Shown here piece after piece: positions 18,814-27,010 of a DNA stretch of 64,000 nucleotides. A model generated the notes under the pieces. That model worked only from the letters and a program-made list of their open reading frames with translations. It was not told the origin of the DNA and ran no database searches. The stretch lies in assembly GCA_937936355.1 (NCBI GenBank), contig CALDDM010000005.1:10336-74335 (forward strand), read 5' to 3'. Position 1 is the stretch's first letter. Every line of letters begins with the position of its first letter. The position numbers were made by a program, and so were the translations under genes. Origin of the DNA: Minisyncoccota bacterium. GTDB lineage: Bacteria > Patescibacteriota > Minisyncoccia > Moranbacterales > GCA-2747515.

Positions 18814-20538
18814 CTACTCTTTCGTTACACGCAAGACTTCCTCAATTGTTGTAACTCCACCAATCACCTTGTAAAAACCATCTTCCACCATCGTGACCAT
18901 GCCATTTTTGCGAGCTTGCTGCTCCATTTCATCTGCAGTTGCCTTTTGGACAATGAGTTTTTCAATGTTTTCTTGAATCTCAAATACTTCATAGATACCG
19001 CGACGGCCTTTGTATCCAAGGCCACCACATTCTGAGCAGCCTTTTTTTCTATATAGCGGAACATCTGACCATTCCTGTGCTTTTTTCATCGCACCAAGAC
19101 GTACCATCACTTCTTTGATATTGTCGAGATTATAACTATTGCTGAGAGTGTCGACTTCTTTTGGGGTCATTTTGTAGGATTCGCGACACTCGTCACAGAG
19201 CTTTCGCACAAGTCGTTGACCGATCACCATGTTTGTCGTTGATGCAAGCAGAAAAGGCTCCGCGTCCATATCTACCATACGTGGGATCGCGCCAGCAGCT
19301 GAGTTAGTGTGCAGTGTAGAGAGAACGAGATGACCGGTCATCGCTGCATGCACAGCGATTTCAAGTGTCTCACCATCTCGAATCTCACCAACCATGATCA
19401 TGTCAGGATCCTGACGCAACAGAGAGCGCAGTCCAGCAGCAAAGGTCATTCCAATTTTTGCATGCACCTGTGTCTGATTCACATTTTCCATTCGATACTC
19501 CACCGGATCCTCAATTGTCGAGATGTTCACCTCTGGCTGATTTAATATATCAAGCACAGTATAGAGCGTTGTTGTTTTACCAGAACCTGTTGGCCCGGTA
19601 ACTAGAATCATTCCATTTGGCTTATTGATTTCGCGCTGAATTGCTTCAAGCGCCTCACCAAAGAGACCCATTTTTTCTAACGTGAGACCCTGCGATCCCT
19701 CATCGAGCAAACGCATAACGATTTTCTCTCCATCAAACACTGGAAGGATACTCACACGAAAGGAGATTTTATATTCATCTGTTTCAAGCTTAAAGCGACC
19801 ATCTTGCGGCAAGCGGTGCTCATCTAGTTTCAAGCTTGCAAGGACCTTGATACGCGCTACAATACCTGCTCCTGTTGTTTTTGGAAGGCTCATCGCCTGA
19901 CGCAACATACCATCGACGCGATAGCGAACGATGATTGTTTTTTCGAGTGGTTCAATATGAATATCGGATGCACCCTGCAAAATCGCATGCTTCACAAGCG
20001 TGTCTACAATGCGTACAATCGGTAAATCTTCCGCAATCTGTGCCAAGTCCTCATCGCCTTGTGCATCTGACTCGCCCTGGAGCAGGTCACCAAACTCTGC
20101 ATTGATGTCTTTTTGGTATTGCTGTAATATTTCACGAATATCAGATGCGGTTGCAATATGCACGACGATTTTTAGGCCAGTTTTTTTGCGCAAAAAATCG
20201 ATTGTTTGCAAATCTTCTGGATTGACCATTGCCACACTTAGCTCTTTGCCTTTTTTGGCAAAAGCAACAACATTTGCCTTCTTTGCTATTTGCTCTGGTA
20301 CAATTTGTAGAGTTTTTTCAAGGATGTCTGTTTTGGACAAGTCAATAAATGCAAAGCCAAACATCTGCGCTTTTGCACTTGTCAAGTCAGCCTCTGATAA
20401 GATACCTTCTTTCAGGAGAATATCAGCGAGCTGAATGTTTGTTTTCTGTGCTTGCGAGAAAAGAGGCTTAAGCGTTGCCTCATCAATCACCTTATTGTTA
20501 CGCAAGTAATCATAAAGCTGCGTATTATCAACTTTCAT
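18814..20538 (-). CDS. pilB: type IV pilus assembly ATPase PilB (GspE family)
   Basis: Walker A GPTGSGKTT, Asp box, Walker B MVGEIRD, His box LVLSTLHTN and the tetracysteine CxxC...CxxC motif. Confidence 0.9.
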   Translation of the reverse strand: MKVDNTQLYDYLRNNKVIDEATLKPLFSQAQKTNIQLADILLKEGILSEADLTSAKAQMFGFAFIDLSKTDILEKTLQIVPEQIAKKANVVAFAKKGKELSVAMVNPEDLQTIDFLRKKTGLKIVVHIATASDIREILQQYQKDINAEFGDLLQGESDAQGDEDLAQIAEDLPIVRIVDTLVKHAILQGASDIHIEPLEKTIIVRYRVDGMLRQAMSLPKTTGAGIVARIKVLASLKLDEHRLPQDGRFKLETDEYKISFRVSILPVFDGEKIVMRLLDEGSQGLTLEKMGLFGEALEAIQREINKPNGMILVTGPTGSGKTTTLYTVLDILNQPEVNISTIEDPVEYRMENVNQTQVHAKIGMTFAAGLRSLLRQDPDMIMVGEIRDGETLEIAVHAAMTGHLVLSTLHTNSAAGAIPRMVDMDAEPFLLASTTNMVIGQRLVRKLCDECRESYKMTPKEVDTLSNSYNLDNIKEVMVRLGAMKKAQEWSDVPLYRKKGCSECGGLGYKGRRGIYEVFEIQENIEKLIVQKATADEMEQQARKNGMVTMVEDGFYKVIGGVTTIEEVLRVTKE

Positions 20539-20699
20539 TGTACGTCATTATGACAAGGATACTGCTTAAGTACTTCCACTCAACCATCATCTTGTCTTTT
20601 AATTTTTGTATCTATAATGTATTTATATTATACACCATAAATATCCTCTTAATATAGAAAAATGCCGCACATTGTTGTGTGCGACATTTCAACAGAATT

Positions 20700-20917
20700 T
20701 TACACACACTCCTCTACTGCGTGTGCATAGGTGTCTTGGCGTTCGTCAATAGATAAATACTGATCACTTCCGATCTTGATTTGGAACTTCCTATCTTTTC
20801 GTACTAATTTACCTGTTCTTGGTCCAACCCATCGGGTTGGGCTCTGTACCTCGAACCGACATATGATCCAGTGCTTATACGTAACTTTTCTTTGCCATAA
20901 AAGTTAAACTTAGCCAT
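20700..20917 (-). pseudogene. small ORF split over two frames (about 72 codons if joined)
   Basis: GGAGACCAAG-ATG at 20917 opens a 37-codon frame (MAKFNFYGKEKLRISTGSYVGSRYRAQPDGLDQEQVN). A second frame is open from 20903 to 20700 and reads ...VGPRTGKLVRKDRKFQIKIGSDQYLSIDERQDTYAHAVEECV, but it lacks any ATG/GTG/TTG start. Confidence 0.3.
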
Positions 20918-20982
20918 CTTGGTCTCCAGCTGGTAAATATCGTTTTTGAAGTGAATTGCTCACCGTAGTACATAAAATTAAT

Positions 20983-21008
20983 CAGGGCAGCCCATTTGGA
21001 CCGCCCTG
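20983..21008 (-). terminator. hairpin terminator after the 21037-22014 gene
   Basis: CAGGGC...GCCCTG stem, extendable with wobble pairs, followed on the minus strand by ATTAATTTTAT. Confidence 0.5.
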
Positions 21009-21036
21009 ATATTCACTACTCCCTACCTCGTTTGAC

Positions 21037-22014
21037 CTATTTACTGATCACTTCCTCCTGCGTAGCGTTGTCAGTCTCAACTTTTTTTGCTGTAGCCGGA
21101 CTGAGACTCAACAGAGATGCGCAGACCAAAATTGCCAATCCAACTTTTACATAGGATTGTAACGTTACGGTAGACATTTCGACATCTTCTAAATTTGCCT
21201 CCATGATCTTCTTTGCGCTATCCTGATCCAGATCGCTTAAACTCACCTCTTCTCCGGCGAATACCTTATTTCCAAAATGGAATAGAATTCGTATCGCACC
21301 AAGGAGAATGGTCGCAGCGATGGCTGCCATACACATGTATGTCACCAATCCTTGACCTTCGCCACCGGTAATTGCAGCTCCACCAATTACAGCTGCAAAT
21401 AATGCCACACCAAGAAACGCCAGATCTGCGGCGAAAACTATCGTTGTCTTCATGCAGTCATCTTTTGTTTTTTGCAACAAGTCTTTGCCAAAGAACTTTT
21501 GATGCGCAATTGCAAAGAAAACGATAATTACTTGTGCCATGAGGCCGATCAGCATTGCTTGAGACCACTTCATTTGTACCATAAGAGTTCCGCCAGCTAT
21601 CATGCCAGATATAATCAATTGGACAGACTCAATGATACCGACACCATCTTTCCCAGCTTTGACTGCCGCACTTGTTGATTGATTTGTTAGTGTAAATCGG
21701 TCTACGCACAAGAGTACGAGTAACAAGTAGCCAATAGCAAGTATGGCAATCAGCGGGAGCAGAACGCTATTGACCAGGCCGCTACCCCACGCACAGAGTA
21801 TGATTATGCACCAGGCAACAAATAAACCCCCTAGCCGATGAGACCATGCTCGATTCCCACCGCTTATGTCAGCGAAAATAGTTTTTGCGCTTTCCGGCAG
21901 AACTTCTTGCATACCACCTTTTTTCTTGATGAAAAATAGTGCGATTGCGATAACCGCCGCCATGCCCAAAATTGGCGATACGGATATAAAAAGGTATATA
22001 ATACCGTTCAACAT
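21037..22014 (-). CDS. orphan polytopic membrane protein
   Basis: About 8 hydrophobic segments. The start at ATG 22014 is preferred because AGGAG lies 9 nt upstream. The ORF track extends to 22077. No family recognised. Confidence 0.55.
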   Translation of the reverse strand: MLNGIIYLFISVSPILGMAAVIAIALFFIKKKGGMQEVLPESAKTIFADISGGNRAWSHRLGGLFVAWCIIILCAWGSGLVNSVLLPLIAILAIGYLLLVLLCVDRFTLTNQSTSAAVKAGKDGVGIIESVQLIISGMIAGGTLMVQMKWSQAMLIGLMAQVIIVFFAIAHQKFFGKDLLQKTKDDCMKTTIVFAADLAFLGVALFAAVIGGAAITGGEGQGLVTYMCMAAIAATILLGAIRILFHFGNKVFAGEEVSLSDLDQDSAKKIMEANLEDVEMSTVTLQSYVKVGLAILVCASLLSLSPATAKKVETDNATQEEVISK

Positions 22015-22110
22015 TATTGGTAATCTCCTGTTAAGTTGCTGTTGCGTTTTTGTCGGATGACAGTTTATTTGCAACACTTATTTATACATTATTAATAAAA
22101 CTTTGTCAAA

Positions 22111-22143
22111 TTAAAAAGCCCCTCCCTGGTTTAGGGTGGGGCT
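22111..22143 (-). terminator. rho-independent terminator
   Basis: AGCCCCTCCCT-ggttt-AGGGTGGGGCT, an 11-bp stem. The plus-strand A-run gives a T-tail on the minus strand. Confidence 0.65.
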
Positions 22144-22147
22144 CGTT

Positions 22148-22237
22148 TTAGATAACGATCAAGAGAATGGCAGTGAGCACAAATACTGCAAGTACTCCGC
22201 GCAAAAAGTGAGCCAAGAACCATAGCACACTCCTCAC
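22148..22237 (-). CDS. candidate 29-aa hydrophobic micropeptide
   Basis: Its GTG overlaps the TGA of the upstream gene (tcGTGA). The product (M)RSVLWFLAHFLRGVLAVFVLTAILLIVI is a single TM helix. The stop is 5 nt before the terminator hairpin. It is below the ORF-track size cutoff. Confidence 0.3.
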   Translation of the reverse strand: MRSVLWFLAHFLRGVLAVFVLTAILLIVI

Positions 22238-23163
22238 GACTGCTTACTACGATTTTCTAATCGCAGACGGATTGCTTCCAAGGCGATAACCTTGATTTCA
22301 TTGCGCCTTGGCTCAGTCTTTTCCCACCACGCCTTCACGTGTATGGGGGTCACGGATGCAAAGATCGACATAATCGCGGAAACAAAAGCTACTCGCGGTC
22401 GTTTGACCTTCTTCCACAAAAACTTCACCGATCGTGCAACAACCTGCTTCGTAAAAAGAATTTTGAAAATACCCTCTACGATAAAGTACACGATTAACAC
22501 TGGCAAAATTTGCATAATGATGATGAGTGATAGCAAGCAGTCAATAACGCCCCACTTTAGCCATGCTACAAACATAGCCTTTGGGCGCATCTTTGCCCAT
22601 GCTTTCACCGACTCTCTCTGCTCTTTGAGCCAACTGTTTTCTGCCTCTAGCTTGTTATAACTAGCAAGGGCAGATGCAATGGTAATTGTTTTCACAGAAG
22701 TTCCAAGGAACACAATTTTTGCAACAGTCCAGATCGTGCTAATCGATGCCTTTAGCAAGACAAAGATCTTACTCAGGAAGACGAGAATTCCTCCTGATGA
22801 CAGCAAACTAATTACACCAAGAATCGGTGCAATCAGTGCAAAGGTTTTGCCATACGATTGCATGACCTTTTCCCAGTAAATGAGAAAGTAAACCATCTCA
22901 GCGCCAAGGATCAGCAGGATGCGAAAGCGTCGTGGCTGGATAAATCCAGCCGTCGCCACAACAACCCTACTCTCTATAGCGCGCCAGCGTAACAATAAAC
23001 CGCCAAGGATCCAAAGTGCTATACTCATGATGAGATCTAGCAATTCTTCAAATCCATGTGCAATCAATAGGTATAGCCAGCCAAGAGCAGCGCTCAGTAA
23101 ATCACGCGCTGCCTCATACAGTTCTCCACAGTACGCAGAGATCTTATTCTTGCTACTATCCAC
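22234..23163 (-). CDS. orphan polytopic membrane protein with basic amphipathic C-terminus
   Basis: 309 aa with multiple TM segments. Architecture and several short motifs loosely resemble the 25896-26864 product. Confidence 0.55.
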   Translation of the reverse strand: MDSSKNKISAYCGELYEAARDLLSAALGWLYLLIAHGFEELLDLIMSIALWILGGLLLRWRAIESRVVVATAGFIQPRRFRILLILGAEMVYFLIYWEKVMQSYGKTFALIAPILGVISLLSSGGILVFLSKIFVLLKASISTIWTVAKIVFLGTSVKTITIASALASYNKLEAENSWLKEQRESVKAWAKMRPKAMFVAWLKWGVIDCLLSLIIIMQILPVLIVYFIVEGIFKILFTKQVVARSVKFLWKKVKRPRVAFVSAIMSIFASVTPIHVKAWWEKTEPRRNEIKVIALEAIRLRLENRSKQS

Positions 23164-23183
23164 ATAAATCTCCTTATGTTGTG

Positions 23184-23813
23184 TTATGTTTCGACATCGC
23201 TTACGTCAGCTGACTTTTTACCCATCACTCTCTCATAAATTTCCTTCATTTTTTTGTAGAAAATTATAAGTGGGCCGTCTATTCCAGACCGATCTAGCTC
23301 TCTACCCTGATTTCGCAGAGAAAATACCAAGCCTTCAAACCAACTCCATGCCGGCATGATCTCTGGCTTGAGGCGATCTTTTACCACTTGAACTCTTGGA
23401 TGATTCCACTTGAAATAAAGCAATGTAATTGCTGTGAGAATAACAGTGTATATAACAAACTTCAACTTGTTGTCGAGTGCCCACAGAGTCGAGTAGTATA
23501 TCGCTGCACCCAGGATCGGCCAACAGACTATCCCATACAGTATCTTACGCAAACGAAAATTAAACATATTTTGCCATAGGCCACGAACTGACCACTTAAC
23601 ATCTTGCCAGACGGTCATGTTAATATTTGGTTGCATCTTGGAACGTACTTGCTTGGCTTTTTCAACTTCACCTCGCTTCATTAATTCTCCATATTCATCC
23701 ATCTGGTTTTCAAGGTCTTTTTTTGCCTCAACACCAAATTGAACCAATGGAAGTTTCAAAATCGTGCCAGCAACTTTTATAAAAACGAGAGCTTGGCCAA
23801 CATTTAGAGCCAT
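23184..23813 (-). CDS. orphan membrane protein
   Basis: Start at ATG 23813 with AGGAGA 8 nt upstream. Two central TM helices flanked by charged segments. Lies 20 nt from the next gene. Confidence 0.5.
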   Translation of the reverse strand: MALNVGQALVFIKVAGTILKLPLVQFGVEAKKDLENQMDEYGELMKRGEVEKAKQVRSKMQPNINMTVWQDVKWSVRGLWQNMFNFRLRKILYGIVCWPILGAAIYYSTLWALDNKLKFVIYTVILTAITLLYFKWNHPRVQVVKDRLKPEIMPAWSWFEGLVFSLRNQGRELDRSGIDGPLIIFYKKMKEIYERVMGKKSADVSDVET

Positions 23814-23930
23814 AATTTTTCTCCTGATATTATTGTTAAACAACAGATGTTCATATTCGAACTATATATTATATCACAAATTTTTAAATAAAGCAAGGGT
23901 CTGCAGCAATGCTACAGACCCCATTTACGT

Positions 23931-24815
23931 CTATTTTACAAGAGTTCCATCAGGACACTTAAATCCCTGGAAATCAAATCCCTCTTCTGTTTTTATAGTG
24001 ATGATAGGAACCTCTTGGCCTACGGATATACCATCGAGACATGTTGGTGGCTTAATTTTTTCGTACCGCACGACCTTTGGCTGGAAACCCCAATCAACAT
24101 CGTACCACTTACCGACTTCCCATGTATAGCTCCCGAAAGGAGCATTTTCAATCCCTTGCATCTGCTCTGGTTTATCAACTTTCCCGAGAAAAGTCCATAG
24201 TCGTGAGCGAGGGATGTCGATAACCACGTCTTCACTATTACGCTCAACAGTAAACGAAGCTTCTGCCGTCGTAAAAGTACTTTTTGTTATGGCCCCAGGT
24301 GGATTGTAGTGCTTTTGCTGCAAAACTGGCAATGTCATTCTTGCTGGTTGGATGAGTGATATTACAACCATCAATGCTGTAGCAACATACCAAAGGTGTG
24401 TATTTGCAGCAAGTCTTTTGTCGATTTGAGAGTTCTGCAGACCTTTCACAAATGGCCACGTTCTTAGCTTCAACCAATATGCACAAATAATGCCACACAC
24501 AGCTAACGCAAAACCAATAATTCCAAGCGGCTTGGTGAAAAGACTCATAACCCACGCCAAACCAAATGTCAACACAGTTACAACGATAATTCTGTGCAAA
24601 TATGGCACAAATATTGCCGCAGCAATCACTGCAGCAATCAACGCCACAAGATCTAAGACCTGAGGCAGTAGTAGCCACTTTGCTATAAGCGAGTAGGCTG
24701 CCATTGACAGCAAAATGAGAGCTGCAAATCCGATCTGCTTCCAGTCGAATTTTTTCTTCAAATCTGTTACCTTCTGTGTTGCTTTCTGTGTCGCCTTCTG
24801 TGTTATACCTTTCAT
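23931..24815 (-). CDS. orphan membrane protein with TQKA x3 N-terminal repeat and soluble C-terminal domain
   Basis: 294 aa. Five or so TM helices, then a domain of about 130 aa with two Cys. Confidence 0.5.
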   Translation of the reverse strand: MKGITQKATQKATQKVTDLKKKFDWKQIGFAALILLSMAAYSLIAKWLLLPQVLDLVALIAAVIAAAIFVPYLHRIIVVTVLTFGLAWVMSLFTKPLGIIGFALAVCGIICAYWLKLRTWPFVKGLQNSQIDKRLAANTHLWYVATALMVVISLIQPARMTLPVLQQKHYNPPGAITKSTFTTAEASFTVERNSEDVVIDIPRSRLWTFLGKVDKPEQMQGIENAPFGSYTWEVGKWYDVDWGFQPKVVRYEKIKPPTCLDGISVGQEVPIITIKTEEGFDFQGFKCPDGTLVK

Positions 24816-24979
24816 TCGACCTCCCGGTCTGTAAATTATTGGTGAAATATCACGTAATAATGCAAATTGAAAATGCTATCTTTCTTATTAGGAGTACACT
24901 GTAAAATCACTTTGTTAAAGTTCAAAATATTTATATCATACTTTATATTTATTGTCAAATACAATATGAAAATGTAAAT

Positions 24980-25008
24980 TTGACTTTATCTATATTGTGT
25001 GTTATAAT
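24980..25008 (+). promoter_or_regulatory. sigma70-like promoter of the 25057 gene
   Basis: TTGACT, 17 nt, TATAAT. GGGGA Shine-Dalgarno before the ATG. Confidence 0.55.
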
Positions 25009-25056
25009 TAATTTGAGTATTTTAAAAATTCTATATCCAAATATCAGGGGAAACTT

Positions 25057-25785
25057 ATGGGATACGACTTTAGCTTTTTTGGCATTGTGAAATTGTTGTT
25101 CACAAACCCAATGGCTTTGGTACTTGTTATACTTGTGATGCTGGCTGTCTACCTCTATTTTGATGAGGCGATCAAATCAGTCATCGCACATATTTTTGGC
25201 TTTCTAGATAAGCTGCTTGGGCCAATGCTTTCTGAAGTAGGCAAACGCTTGAGAGAGCTTTTCACTAGTTGGCGGCGCATCGGCGCCTTGGCGCTCGCAT
25301 TGCTGCTCGCTTTTGGAGGATATACCTTCATCACCAACAAACCTGCACGTATGGCAACAGCACAGGACAATCTCATTGAGTCCGTCTACAAGATGGCAAG
25401 CAGTGATGGATGTGTTGTCACAGTTGATCCGTATGATGACGGTGAAGACAGGACGTTTCATACGCGTATCACCTCTACGAGTAGCGGTGATAAACAGTCG
25501 TTCTCAGTTGACCTGTTCACACCCAGAGAAGGTGCCATCGCATTTGCCGACAAAGAGAACCGTGAGGAGAAATTCTCACTCACAAAAGCTGATGACGGCA
25601 ACTGGAAGATTTCCGGTGCAAAAGAAGCATTTGCGATCTCTGTTTTGGAGAGAAGCGTTGGACAGGAATGCCAGGTCATCAAGGAAGAATCTGTGAAGGG
25701 AGCGGACTCACAAGATACACCTTTTGATAATACACCTGGCACATTTACTCGAATTAAGGAAAGAGTAAAGTTCTGGGGTAAATAA
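25057..25785 (+). CDS. orphan membrane-anchored protein
   Basis: 242 aa. Two to three N-terminal TM helices followed by a soluble beta-rich domain. It is the only plus-strand gene of the block. Confidence 0.5.
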   Translation: MGYDFSFFGIVKLLFTNPMALVLVILVMLAVYLYFDEAIKSVIAHIFGFLDKLLGPMLSEVGKRLRELFTSWRRIGALALALLLAFGGYTFITNKPARMATAQDNLIESVYKMASSDGCVVTVDPYDDGEDRTFHTRITSTSSGDKQSFSVDLFTPREGAIAFADKENREEKFSLTKADDGNWKISGAKEAFAISVLERSVGQECQVIKEESVKGADSQDTPFDNTPGTFTRIKERVKFWGK

Positions 25786-25801
25786 ACCCCACTCGCCCAC
25801 A

Positions 25802-25829
25802 GGGCTACGTACATGTACGTAGCCCTTTT
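25802..25829 (+). terminator. rho-independent terminator
   Basis: 24-nt perfect palindrome GGGCTACGTACATGTACGTAGCCC followed by TTTT. Confidence 0.65.
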
Positions 25830-25873
25830 GCTTTGCGACGTGGCACGTAGCTGATTTTTTGTGGCATTAAAAG

Positions 25874-25908
25874 AGACCCTTCCAATTGAAGGGTCTTAGT
25901 TTTTTTTG
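25874..25908. terminator. bidirectional terminator hairpin
   Basis: AGACCCTTC-caatt-GAAGGGTCT, flanked by AAAAG on one side and TAGTTTTTTTT on the other. It abuts the stop codon of the 25896 gene. Confidence 0.6.
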
Positions 25909-26864
25909 GACGATGCAATATATGCCCGCCACTTTTCCTGTACGATGGTCGGGATGATCTTGGTAGCGTAGACGCGCACTGGATTCTTGCGCTTGCGAAA
26001 GTACTTATACATCCTTGCCTTTACGATGCGCAAAAGTAATCTGCCGTAGTAGACGCGCGCATCATGAATTACATATGGCACCATGACACGCGTGATAAAC
26101 TCACTCACTTTACCCATGGCCACAATGAGCGCATTTGGCACAAAGTGCAAAATCACAGGTAAGATCAGGCGCCATGCCCAGGCAATCACTGAGAAAGCCT
26201 TCAAGACTACCTCCCACACAAGATCAAAAAGCAAAATATAGATGCCGAGCTTATAATGCCCAAAGAGGACAAGTATGACACACAAGATGAGTCCATACAC
26301 AAGCCTCTTTGCTCGCTCACCCGCTCTGCTCCACCACTTTATAGAACGGTCTACAATGTGAATCTGACGAATATAGCTCTGCACGACAAGTGGTAGTTGT
26401 CGCAAGATTTTGCGCTCAACACCACGAAAGAGCGTACCTATAAAAGCTATGAAAACACGTTTCGCTGCTTGTGTCAGGAAGAATCGTGTGACTAACCGAC
26501 CAGATTTTTTGAAAATCCACACTTTTGCCTCACCAAAGAGATGGTGAATGCCTGTCAGTAGGATCACGTTTTTCACACCTGAGATGATCACACCACTAAA
26601 ACCAACCACTAAGGATTTACCTGCTACGAGCATCTTCAAAGCATACGCCACAAACGGATCAATGAGTGCGAATTTAAATGCTGCAATAACCTTCATGATT
26701 GGTGCAACGATTACGTCTGCCCCTACAGCCTGCATTAGCACAGCAGACAAGGCGCAGCACATAACCACAAACCACAATTTCCAGAAAAGGAAAAGTGCGA
26801 TGTAGACTACCTCAGATATAAACCACACACTCCTCTGGAGTGTGTTTGCTATTTTTTTAAACAC
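25896..26864 (-). CDS. orphan polytopic membrane protein with basic C-terminus
   Basis: 322 aa with many TM segments. Possible distant paralog of the 22234-23163 product. Confidence 0.55.
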   Translation of the reverse strand: MFKKIANTLQRSVWFISEVVYIALFLFWKLWFVVMCCALSAVLMQAVGADVIVAPIMKVIAAFKFALIDPFVAYALKMLVAGKSLVVGFSGVIISGVKNVILLTGIHHLFGEAKVWIFKKSGRLVTRFFLTQAAKRVFIAFIGTLFRGVERKILRQLPLVVQSYIRQIHIVDRSIKWWSRAGERAKRLVYGLILCVILVLFGHYKLGIYILLFDLVWEVVLKAFSVIAWAWRLILPVILHFVPNALIVAMGKVSEFITRVMVPYVIHDARVYYGRLLLRIVKARMYKYFRKRKNPVRVYATKIIPTIVQEKWRAYIASSKKN

Positions 26865-26894
26865 TATAACCTCCAGAAATCAGTTTAATGAACT

Positions 26895-26913
26895 TTGTGA
26901 CAAAATGTCACAA
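26895..26913. promoter_or_regulatory. perfect inverted repeat TTGTGAC-AAAAT-GTCACAA (operator-like)
   Basis: Read directly. It sits between the predicted -10 box and the GGAGG Shine-Dalgarno of the 25896-26864 gene. Confidence 0.45.
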
Positions 26914-26916
26914 TAT

Positions 26917-26945
26917 ATTATAGTATGAATATTTAAATATGTCAA
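26917..26945 (-). promoter_or_regulatory. consensus sigma70-like promoter
   Basis: The minus strand reads TTGACA, 17 nt, TATAAT. Confidence 0.6.
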
Positions 26946-26961
26946 TTATATATTTATGTCA

Positions 26962-26993
26962 ATAAAAGGACAGTAGGTTTTTACCTACTGTCC
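26962..26993 (-). terminator. rho-independent terminator after the rhomboid gene
   Basis: GGACAGTAGG-ttttta-CCTACTGTCC, a 10-bp stem with a T-tail on the minus strand. Confidence 0.65.
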
Positions 26994-27010
26994 CATACAA
27001 CGAAACCTCT

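Noticed and set aside
20884-20895. Programmed -1 ribosomal frameshifting at A_AAG in the split small ORF.
   Set aside because: There is no canonical X_XXY_YYZ heptamer. The only strong hairpin lies about 50 nt downstream, too far to stimulate slippage. An indel or pseudogene is the simpler explanation.
22131-22223. A 30-codon Cys-rich ORF (MVLGSLFARSTCSICAHCHSLDRYLKRAPP) with a GAGGAG Shine-Dalgarno.
   Set aside because: Its 3-prime end runs through the terminator hairpin. It competes with the better-fitting hydrophobic frame at 22148-22237. It cannot be excluded, but support is weaker.
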